The notes below the pieces were generated by a model, which ran no database searches, was not told the origin of the DNA, and saw nothing but the letters and a program-made list of their open reading frames with translations. The position numbers were made by a program, and so were the translations under genes. Shown one piece after another: positions 20,385-30,549 of a stretch of 52,458 nt of DNA. Position 1 is the first letter of the stretch, and each line of letters begins with the position of its first letter. Source of the stretch: Octopus sinensis (taxonomy: Eukaryota); contig NW_021833913.1 in NCBI RefSeq assembly GCF_006345805.1, positions 1 to 52,458 on the forward strand, written 5' to 3'.

Positions 20385-21376
20385 TCAACAATTACAGTCG
20401 TATATATTGAAGAGAATGTTCAGTTCTTTATTTTCAGGTGCAGCCGTTGAAGTCGTCCTTTGGACATAGGAAGTCGTCCGTGGCACGGTAGAAGTTGTCC
20501 GTGGAACGGTAGAAGTTGTCCGTGGAACAGTGGAAGTTGTCCGTGGCACGGTGGAAGTTGTCCGTGGCACAGTAGAAGTCGTCCGTGGAATGGTAGAAGT
20601 TGTCCGTGGCACGGTAGAAGTTGTTCGTGGCACGGTAGAAGTCGTCCGTGGAACAGTGGAAGTTGTCCGTGGAACAGTGGAAGTTGTCCGTGGAACGGTG
20701 GGAGTCGTCCGTGGCACGGTAGAAGTTGTCCGTGGAACAGTGGAAGTTGTCCGTGGAACGGTGGAAGTCGTTCGTGGCACGGTGGAAGTCGTCCGTGGCA
20801 CGGTAAAAGTTGTCCGTGGAACAGTGGAAGTTGCCCGTGGCACAGTTGTTGTAAAAAGGGCAGCTGAGGTATTTAGATAATCGTATTAACCTGGATATTG
20901 GCATAAAAAATATAATCTATAGCGGCATGATATGTCATTCCAACGTCCACTTCTAGGCAACATCACAACGCAGTCTTCATTTCTACGATTATTTGGTTCT
21001 CCACGATTCCAAAAGGAATAAACCAAAAAATATAAATTGCACAAAAACTTGTCTACGGTTATACGAATCTACAAAATAACGTTCTCTTGCAATGTCGTTG
21101 AGACCAAAATAAAAATTAAATCCTACTATTCTAGCAAAATTATCTATTTGTTGTAAATAACGAATATACTTGTAATATACACTCTTATTGCATGAGAGTT
21201 AATGACAGCCAAAGCCCCCTTCCTTGCTCTACAATAATTCTGGGCGTCAAAATAATTCATTTTTCGATAAACAAGTGAATAGCACATTCCCCGATAGCAT
21301 TCTGAATTTAAATTTAAATGGTCTTACTTAGTCCTACAACTGAGTTTATGGCTATAATAAACAATAAGTAAATCAT
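20385..21376 (-). CDS. Secreted C-type lectin (EPN/WND) with a C-terminal Thr-rich mucin-like repeat stalk
   Basis: Signal peptide MIYLLFIIAINSVVG; CYRGMCY, DAQNYC, FGLND, WNRGEPN...EDCV...WNDISC...FLCQYP. Introns of 26, 26, 25 (GT-TG) and 27 nt, then (PRTTSTV)n. Confidence 0.88.
20442..20840 (-). repeat. 19 x 21-bp coding minisatellite (PRTTSTV)
   Basis: Unit gtggcacggtagaagttgtcc and variants on the + strand; no unique spacers. Confidence 0.95.
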
Positions 21377-21772
21377 TGTGTATTCGAGTGGGAGATGATA
21401 ATATATTTAAAGGGGAGAACAGCTGGCGGTGTTTTCTTTTAAGATTTATGGATATTCTACAAGTTGAGACAATTTAGCACTATTTTTAAGTAACAGAAGT
21501 TTTAATAAATATTGGAATTAATATTTATTTTTTAGCTCAAATTCCAAAGTTTTATTAACAGTATTTTACGAATAAAATGGGGTATATTCAATCTAAAATA
21601 ATGGTTTTATGAATTAATAAAAGTTGAATATTGTTAATTTAAATAATTAAAAATGTGATTTTTTATGAATTAATTTATCCAACACAAAAGTTGTTTATTT
21701 TTTGTGGTGGGTACATATTTTCTGTAATAAAACTTTAATATTTATATCTTAGAAATTATATTTAAATAAATT

Positions 21773-24238
21773 ATGACTGAAAATCATATTAATTCCGAAC
21801 AAAATTTGTCTCTTTTTATTAAAAGAGCCCCAGGAAAACGTCAAATCAAACACGTCCAAAGAGACAAAATACCCGAAATCTTACTCCAAGAAGAATCCGA
21901 TGAAAGTGACAGCACGTGCAAGGAATCATCCAACATGGAGTCCTCTGATGAGTCCAGCGAGACCTCAATTCCCCCACAAAAACCCATAAATAACTCCCCA
22001 AAAGACTACGGAGAACCCCAATCACGGAATATTTCTCCAATTTGCATGATTTGTCTACGGTTTGGCATTTAAACTAACAAAAAGAGCCTCAAACGAAGAA
22101 GTGGTGGTGTGTGACTCCTGTGGGGTGTCAGTCCACGAAGAATGCTATGGAATATCAGAGAACACCTCCCAATGTGATGATGTGAGTGTCGAATCCTCAA
22201 TCTCAACCGAACCCTGGTTTTGTGCAGTCTGTTTATTGGGCAATGATAAGCCAGTAGGACACAATTGGTCTAATTAGGTGTGTGCTTTGTGTCCTTGTTC
22301 GGAGGGGGCATTTAAGAAGACGGTTTGTGGGCAGTGGGTTCACCTTGTTTGTGCTCTGATGGTCCCGGGGGTGGCTTTTGACGAGACTGAGGGGGTCAAT
22401 GGAATCTCTCTGCTGGAAATGAACTATTCCTCCTACGGTTTAAAGGTGGGGAGTCCATTTAATCCAAGAAATGTTCCCTGTGTGAGGATTGGAGATATTC
22501 TGGGACTGGAGTGACCATTCAGTGCGAGTCTGGGCTGTGCAGGACATATTTCCACGTTTCCTGGTGTTATTCCGTGGGTTAATCCCCAGTGCTCTCATGT
22601 CTGGATATTTGTGCAATAATTACTCGGAAAGTGGTTCGAGTAGTGGATATTACCACGTCGCCTATTGTGGTCAACATAGTGATCCTGAAGAAGTTTCCCG
22701 CCGTCGGAAAAGATGGGTTGCCGCCCTAAATGGTGTTAAAAATAGTCAAAATAAAATTGAAAAAAATTCTCCTAAACATGCTGTATTTTCCCGCGTAATT
22801 TTTAGAAATATAACGGAAAAATGTTAAAATGGGCGGGAAATAGATTTAAATATAAATTTGAGAAAATTTCCAATTCTTATATCAGTGGGTCACTTGATGG
22901 GCTTTTTGGAGTATTTTCCCGCGATTTGTCGACCTCCAAAGGAGCCCTAAGCAGATTGACCAAGAAGGCAGAGCTCATGAACATAAACACGGTCTCTATA
23001 ATTCCGTGATTTCACCAGAATATAAACATAAACGAATTTGACATTTCCAAGTTGTGGTATATCCCCCCGGGCTTCAATCCAGCCTTTGTGCATTACTATA
23101 TTGGTTGGAGTGCAATTGTGACTGTTAGACAGAGACAGGCGGATGGGTGAGATGAGGACTTCCCTATCGCTGTTAAAGGAGGAGAACCAGTCCCTCCGAG
23201 AGAAGGAGCAGGTTCAGATTGTCCAGTTTGAGCAAGTCGTGTTTGATTGGTCAGTTTAAGGCCACCAAACAATTGGAGGAAGCCAAAGAAAAACGTGCAG
23301 ATTTGGAACGGAAATATGACTTGCTGTCACAGCTGAGCTATAAAAAGTCTCCAGTGGTGGGAGAACAGCACGGAGACTTGAGGAACTCGACAGAAGCCCA
23401 GATTGAGGAGTGTGTGTTCTGTAGTAGTCGAGAACAGCAACATTTAATGGTGAAATGTGGAATATGCAAGAAATCCCAGCACATTTCGTGCCTGGTCCCC
23501 CCACTTGGATCAGTTCCTCGAGTGGGGATGGGATATACGTGGTACTGTTGGTGTCCTCACTTTAGGCGGTGTTCTTCCTGTGATGTCAATGTGGACTTTA
23601 AGGCGGGTGTGGAGAAGGCAGTGACGAAGGAGGCAATGGCCAGGATTCGTCGGCCTCCACCAAACACGGTCATGGCCCTGGAAAAAGTGAAAAGAATTTA
23701 CAAAAAGAAACCAAAAAATGAACCGGTCAGAGTCAAACGAAAGTACACGAAGCGCGCAAAAAATATTGTTGAAATAATAAAAGAAGATTCAATAATTGAT
23801 ATTCCCAAATGTGAGGAAAGCTGTGTGGATTTGTCTCAAGTTAAATGTGAAGTGACCCCGAAAAGGAAGTACAAGAAGAGGGTACCCAAGACAGAGGAGC
23901 CACGGGACATTGTGTTTGCGAATGTCACCACAAAGAGTGGGAGAGTTACTAGAAGAGTTTTGTGGACTGATCAGTGTTCTCCGGAAGTACCGAAAAGGGA
24001 AGTATCGCCAAAGCCATTGCCGGTGGCATTGAAAGTGCACTCGAGTCTGTTTTCGAGAGATCTGTATGAGCCCATGTCGTTGTTGATTGGGACGTGTTAT
24101 TATTGTGGGCAGTCAATATTCATGACCGACTTATTTATTCGGTGTAAAATGTGTTTTAATATCGTCCACCGTTGTTGTCCATTCGGGAGAGCACTGCAAA
24201 ACACTGGACATGACTGGAGTTGTCCGGAGTGTTCATAA
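21773..24238 (+). CDS. PHF14: PHD finger protein 14-like (PHD-ePHD module, coiled coil, two further PHDs)
   Basis: At least 9 introns of 23-27 nt link KRQIK, CDSCGVSVHEECYG, EPWFC, WVHLVCAL, CEDWRYSGTG...CESGLCRTYFHVSC, KKAELM, FVHYY, HISCLVPPL and a terminal WSCPEC. Confidence 0.88.
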
Positions 24239-24365
24239 TTGTGATTATTATTGTCCTTTCGTATGTTTTCACTATTAGTAGGCCCCTTAGAGGTGCATAT
24301 TCTACAAATATTGTTTTTATGCTGCGACATAAAATTGAATTTAATATATAAGAGTGTGTAAATTG

Positions 24366-25919
24366 TCAATTTGTCGGGACATTGGTAATTTTTGTTTTGT
24401 TCAAACGTGTTTTCAGGTCTTGGAAAAACTGGTTTGGGAACACAAATGAGCACGAATTCTCTTCTATAAAATGGACAAATTTGTTTAGAGTTGAATCATT
24501 CAGTGATACAATTTGTTCGAGGCACGAATCTTCGAAAAATGGATTATCTTGAAGCACAGACACTGCATCTGAGTACTTTTCGGAAATAATATAAAATCTA
24601 AGCAGTTCTTTCGGACTTTGAAGATTCTGGTAGGCAAATATGACGAGGGCGGCGTCTACGTTACCAAACTCCAATTTTCGACAGATCTCGCTGGTGATAG
24701 TCATTCTGTACTCAACAAAATTATAAACCTCTCGTTCATTACAATTTCCCTTAGTAAACCCAATTCGTTGTAATCCAATAAACACGCCACGAGTTGTTCG
24801 GAGAGTTCTCTATTCCATTTCAGTCGTCCGTAGTTCGCTTTTGAGAGAGCATTGCAATACTCGATGACTGCCTTCTTGTTCTTAGCTATAATACGGGTCG
24901 ACACCAGTGACCTTTACTAAATTTGTCCAACACGTTTATGCTTCGGAGTATCCCCGAAGGGCAGTGGACTGCAATCAGGGCTGCTCGTTCGTAGTTCTGG
25001 GCTTCGAATTGATGACAGAACTCTTTCGTGTATTTTTCAATTTTTTCCAGTGTTTGTTCATGTTTTACATCAACCTCAACTAAATAGAGTTTTAAAAGGA
25101 ATTTACCCTCAGGAATCTGTTTGGAGGATTTGACGGAGTTGAACAATTCTTGAATAATGTCTACATTTGACGGACATCCCGATTCGATGTATTTCTCCGC
25201 AGTTTGAATAACGTCAGTCAATTTTTGCTCGCTGAATTTAAGTATTTCGTGCCTCCCCAGTAATTCATCTCTTTTTTTGTGCGTCTCAGTCAAGGAAGCG
25301 ACAGCCTCAATCCATTCTTGTTTTGTTACGTAATCTTGTTCTTTCTTTAATTGAAGAGTAGAAATCTCCTTTCCAATCAATTCGATTTGTTCATTTAAAT
25401 AATCAACGTCTGTCTCTTTTTCGATTGGAAAACCCAAAAGATGGTTGATTTTGGGACGAGAATTTCGGTTCTTTCTCGTTTCTTTGATTTTATCTTTGAT
25501 TTTTAATATTGAATTGTCGATGAGCTCATTATCGATTATTAAATTGTTATTTGTTTTCTTCAAGTGATTGTATCTTGATTTATTTGGCAAAAATACCTGT
25601 TTGTCAAACTATCGTTGTTTCTGGTGTAATTCTCGATGTTTTCTTGGTTGTAGCGAATTTGCATATTTCTGAAACTGTCAGTTTTTATTTTATTTTTTTC
25701 TTTCTGTAATTGTTTGAATAAATCGTCGTATCCGCATTTGATTACACTCAGAATTTCTTTGAGATTTTTTGTTTTTTCTATGACCTGATGTAACATTACA
25801 GAGAACGGACTAACGTTTTCAAATTCTTTCCCGGTCTTTAATAATACTTCGTTCGTGTTTGGGTTGTCTATCAATATATTTTCCAACCTTCGTTTGATTT
25901 CATTGAACTCTTGTTCCAT
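24366..25919 (-). CDS. CLHC1: Clathrin heavy chain linker domain-containing protein 1-like
   Basis: LHQVIEKTKNLKEILSVIKCGYDDLF, YERAALIAVHCPSGILRS, VMNERMTITSE; introns of 23, 26 and 23 nt restore the frame. Confidence 0.72.
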
Positions 25920-26030
25920 TAAGTCACTTAGTTACTTTTTTTAATTTAATTTTTTGACAGTAAAATGTTTATTTTGTTGAAATTGAAATTTATCAAAATT
26001 CAACAGTATGAAAAAGCGAATTTTTTCTAA

Positions 26031-26068
26031 TTTTTTTTTCGTCGGGATTCGAACTCACGACCTGTGGA
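26031..26068 (-). pseudogene. tRNA-like 3' fragment (T-arm/B-box) with an A-tail; SINE or tRNA retro-fragment
   Basis: Minus strand ccacaggtcgtgagttcgaatcccgacg followed by A9; no 5' half recognisable. Confidence 0.35.
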
Positions 26069-26099
26069 TATTATGGATAGAAGTAAATTAATTACGGAA

Positions 26100-27450
26100 T
26101 GTGCAGTATTGGTATCACAATAAAGAGATGCATATGGCCAGAGATGTACACTATTGGTTAGTTCCCATAAAGTGATATGCTTTTATTTTAAACAGAATAT
26201 TTTGTGGACCTTCTCCTACCATCTCTAGGTTTTGAAAAATCTGATATTCTTGATTGGATTGTAATGTTTGTCATATCATTGATTGTAAATTGGAGAGTCA
26301 AACTCATGGTGAACTAAAATTGCATGTCCGGATCAAAAAAGGAATTCTGCAAGGAGATAGTTTATCTCCTATGCTCTTGGTGGTAGATCCACTCAGTTGT
26401 CTATCCTAAAATCTTCATGGCAAAATAAGACCAGAAGAGTTCGTTTCCCAATATTGATAATATATGTAAGTTATATTTAAAAGTAAGCTTTCGACTAACG
26501 ACCTGAAGCTTATTTCTAGTACTGATGATTTTATATAATGCAAAATGTAAATCACTATTTTTATGCTGTGGGAATAAGAAAATTTTGGAAAAGTCACCAA
26601 CAAAATATTGCCTTACTGTCAAAAGAAACCAAATTGTTTGATAGAGTGAAGAATATAAATATCTAAGTGTATGGGGAGAAGCTTCTGGACAAATTCAGAA
26701 GAAATAAATTCATATTAGGATTTTAAAAGACGAAATTCAGCGAATTGAGAATTTGATCAACACAAAATTGAATGCTGTGAACCTCTTTAAAGCTATAAAA
26801 GAACACGAGCTGTCTCTGTACTATGTCGGACTGATTGACGCAGAACCTCATGAGTTTGATATAGTGAATAAAATAATTCGATCAAAATAAATGGAGCTTC
26901 GAGTAACAAACTTGGAAGGGGATTGTGATCAATTTCTATGTTAAGTGGAATTATTTCTTTGGATTTATTTCTGATTTGAAACTTGGAAGTGGTTTTTGCA
27001 AAAGGAGTTTCTCAATCCTCTGCCTGAATTTTTAGAGAAAACACATTTAGCAACTGTTGAAAAATATTTGAAATGTAAATTCCTCGTAGGAAAGCAAATG
27101 TTTAACCTGGGAGAAAATTGTTATCGAAAATGCAAAATGAATCTTTGGTGAACCAGATTTTGTTGAAGAGCTTTATTATTATCTAGATGAGAGAAATTCT
27201 GCTTACTGGTTGCTCAGAGGAAACAACTCTCCCTAATCTGAAACTCAGTCTTTGACTATAAAAACACTAGAAAATGTGATTGTCTCTTTTAGCAACAAAT
27301 TGAGTCATGTAAAAGGAATACTGAGCTAAAAAGTAAGATAAATGATAATGCCGATTGTACAAGAATATTCCTTCTCCTCTTGCAGTATACAAATCAAGAG
27401 TAATAATACAGACTTTCCAACCCGAAATCGTCTATAATGAACTTGATAAA
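26100..27450 (+). mobile_element. Decayed R4/Dong-like non-LTR RT
   Basis: IKKGILQGDSLSPMLL, INTKLNAVNLFKAIKEH...YYVGLI; many stops and indels. Confidence 0.7.
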
Positions 27451-27506
27451 TGGAACGGAATGTCTAAAGGAATAAATAAATGTCCCCATGCGGAAAACGT
27501 CGAGCT

Positions 27507-27626
27507 GAAACTTACTAGATAGTAGCTTACTTTTAGATATAACTTAAATATATTATCAATATTGGGAAACTTACTAGCTAGTAGCTTACTTTTAGATATA
27601 ACTTAAATATATTATGAATATTGGGA
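27507..27626 (+). repeat. Two-copy 59-bp tandem repeat
   Basis: gaaacttactag[a/c]tagtagcttacttttagatataacttaaatatattat[c/g]aatattgg twice, with 2 mismatches. Confidence 0.95.
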
Positions 27627-27789
27627 ATGTACTGCGACTCAATCGGTCTTTAAAGACCTACACGAGCTTAATTCAGTCGGTAGTTAACATTGAAGAATAT
27701 GCGTACAAAACATGAGTTTGAAATAATCTAATCAAAGAAATTGGATCTTTCTCGAAGAAAAGGAATAGATAGATAAGGGTTTATTTTGC

Positions 27790-29330
27790 AAAGGGATATC
27801 GGACATAAAAGAAATTAAGGGCCAGTAGTGGCCTTACACACAGGGTCGTCCGGGGCTATTTTCTTCTCTTCTCTAGGAACTTTTGGAATTGGGTTTCAAC
27901 AAGCTCGCCAATCATAGGAAAGACTTCGCGCCAGCTCGGTATTTTCTCTCTTAGATTTACGCCGAAGGCCACCTTGAGCGCTAATCTCCTCGTTTTCTCC
28001 AGCAGTTTTATAATTCTTGCCTTGGAGGGGGACAAAATCCACCCTTCCAGCCCATACATCAGTACTGGAAGGATAGCTGCCCGGAAAATGAATAGCACAG
28101 TATCTGGGGGTAGGCGGAATTTGATCAGGCACTTGATCATTTGTGTGCACCGTTTTTTCTTTAGGATGATATCTTCCTCACACCTTCCGTTCTCGGAAAA
28201 TTGGACTCCCAGGTACAGAAACGAGTGGGTCCTCCTGATGGATTCGATCGTATATGATAACATTTTCGCACTTCTTTTTGCCGACACTCTAGTGAGCGTG
28301 CATTTCTCGATTGACAGAGTCAAGTATTTCACTGCCATCCACTGTTGTATTTGTTTTAAGTAAATTTTTAGCTTTATTTCTGACGTGGTCGGAAGGGCTG
28401 CTTCGTCCGTGATAATGACGTCATCTGCATAAATGAGCACATTCATTGAGATGAACACAGGTTTAGGGAAGTCTGCCATATATACGTTGAATAGTAGCGG
28501 GCTTAGGACTGAACCCTGAGGTACTCCCCTTTTTGGAGAATGGCTTTCGAGGCTCGGCCAAGATAGTTGACAAAAGAGATCCTCCCATTCAAGAAGTTCG
28601 CTAGCCATTCAAGGGTTTCCGCATCAATGTCGCAATTCACAAGATTTTCCAGCAAAACTGAGTGACAGACACTGTCGAAAGCCTTCGATACATCCAAGCA
28701 GATAATACTGGTCGATAAGCCAAAGTCTCGTGCTTTAGATACTATCGAATTCAGTCGATAGATCCAGTCAGCACAGGACCGGCCCGGACGAAAACCTCAC
28801 TGATCGTGGGAGAGCCAGTAATTCTTTTCTAAGTGGCTTACTAGCCTTCTGTGGATGATTCTCTCCATTATCTTTGATATAGAGCAGATTAGGCTTATGT
28901 AGCTCGAGGCTTCCTCTTTAGGTTTCTTAGGTTTTCGAACCATTCGAACTTCAGTTTTTTTCCATGATTTTGGGACGTACCCTCTCTGGAGGCTGGAATT
29001 AAAAAGGTTTGTGAGCAGAGACACCAAACAGCTTGGTGCATGCTTAAAGCAGGACATAGGGATCTTGTCATATCCCGGGGCCGCATTTCTACCTGCACTT
29101 ATTGCTTCCCAGGTCTCGGATTCAGTAATCGGGTGGCAGTGTTTCGATCTGTCTGAGTTATTTGCTGGAGGAGGTTTAGGAAAGGAGGCAGATGGATCTG
29201 CTTCCAAAACACCTGCAAGCTGATTGCGGAGGAGTTCGGTAGTCTCCTCCTGGCTCGACAGGCAACCTCCAGAAAGTCTCAGGTGAATAACTTTCGTCTT
29301 TGTTCCGGTTCCAGTAATTTTACTGTACGC
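27790..29330 (-). mobile_element. 5'-truncated APE-type LINE (I/Jockey-like) RT pseudogene
   Basis: APGYDKIP, SWKKTEV...KPKKP, GFRPGRSC, DVSKAFDSV, GVPQGSVLSPLLFNVYM, YADD, YLGVQF; one stop and frameshifts. Confidence 0.9.
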
Positions 29331-29873
29331 TGTCCAGTAATTTTACTGTACGCTATCTATCTATCTACGTAGAAAGATGGTTTTGAAAAAGAATAAAATT
29401 CATACTTAGCCCGTTAAATTAGTCTGAATATATAAACACAAAGATATTATTAAAACAAAGTACATCATATTGATTTTTAGTATCTAAAATCCACACAACT
29501 TCTAGATCTATAAGAGCAAAATGAAGTTAGTTTTACGATTTGTTTTAACATGAAATATAGATTATTTTTTACAAAAAGTAATTTGAAAAATAGTTTTTTA
29601 CAGCCAGACAGATTTAAATAAGCCTCAACATTATTTTCAGAGGTTTACAAACTGAGAAGATGAACAAGAGAAAGGTTTATCGAGCGTCGAGTTTATTCAG
29701 AAAATTCACTACATAATTAGCAGACTAAGTAGTTAATGAGTTTATTTATTTAATAAAGGGTTAAAATGTCAATTAGTACTATTTGATTGTGTTTTGAAGA
29801 TATTTTTATCTTTAAATTTCCACATGTAAAATGTGAAAAAAATGGACAACAACTATTAGTAAAAAATTAAAGT

Positions 29874-30205
29874 ACAGTATAACCTCCATTTGGGGCATCA
29901 ATTTTGAAAAATTGCCCCAAAAATAGAGGTTTCCCCAAAAATGGAGGTCTGAAATTTTCTTTATTTTTATAAAAATTTTAATAGTTTTAGCATATTTTTC
30001 ATTAATTTATAAATAAATAAAGTATTTTTAAGAACATTTAAACATGTTTTCCACTAATTTTATTGATAATTAGAGTATTTTTCAAGTAGAAAAAAATTTT
30101 TATTCTATTACACGAAAATAATCTGTTATTTTGTTTCCTGTTGCAGATTTCTTCATATGTATGCCCAATATTTTTCTGAAATTGTAATAGTCTTTTAACG
30201 CATCG
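29874..30205 (-). mobile_element. pogo/Tigger-like 3' terminal fragment truncated at the duplication junction
   Basis: TA followed by cagtataacctc (a pogo-type end) and a short C-terminal coding remnant; no partner TIR found. Confidence 0.35.
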
Positions 30206-30549
30206 GGAAACACAGGGATAAATTCCTCAGTCGAGAGATTTTAGCAGAAGGTAGTAGCACTAGCGGGTCGCTGATTAGACCCAATGCCCTACGAATTGAA
30301 GAGGCACAGTGCTATGCGCCTAAAGCACTTGCAGTCGCCTAAGATACACAGCTCAGATGAAAATGGCCATTACAGAGGGTGCCTGGATTCCCCATTTGCG
30401 GGGGTTTGACACAAGTGAGTGAACAGTTCAGGTTTCTTCAGAGTTCGAGATTCTTTGTATTCTAATCATAGACTTATTTTTGTTAATTTAATGTACACAC
30501 AAAGAAATGAATATCAAAAAAAAGTCATTACCGACTCGGGTTGGACGTA

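Larger units (their letters stand above)
4101..24781 (+). repeat. Large direct duplication, copy 1 (part comparable within the window)
   Basis: Sequence from acagggataaattcctcag (4101) recurs at 30212. After the Tc1 insertion the offset steps through 27640, 27641, 27649, 27650 and 27677 across all ORFs. Confidence 0.97.

Noticed and set aside
20442-20840. 21-bp array as a CRISPR array or as multi-frame overlapping genes
   Set aside because: There are no unique spacers and the context is eukaryotic. The other open frames (MEVVRGT, DNFHCST, GSCPWN) follow from a stop-free repeat unit; only the Thr-rich frame splices to the lectin.
22783-22923. 13-nt exact repeat (gtattttcccgcg) at an intron start and in the next PHF14 exon
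   Set aside because: The second copy encodes VFSR in a region homologous to PHF14; too short to support a mechanism.
24100-24453. 117-aa minus-strand ORF spanning the PHF14/CLHC1 3' ends
   Set aside because: No motif; it overlaps both convergent gene ends in non-coding frames.
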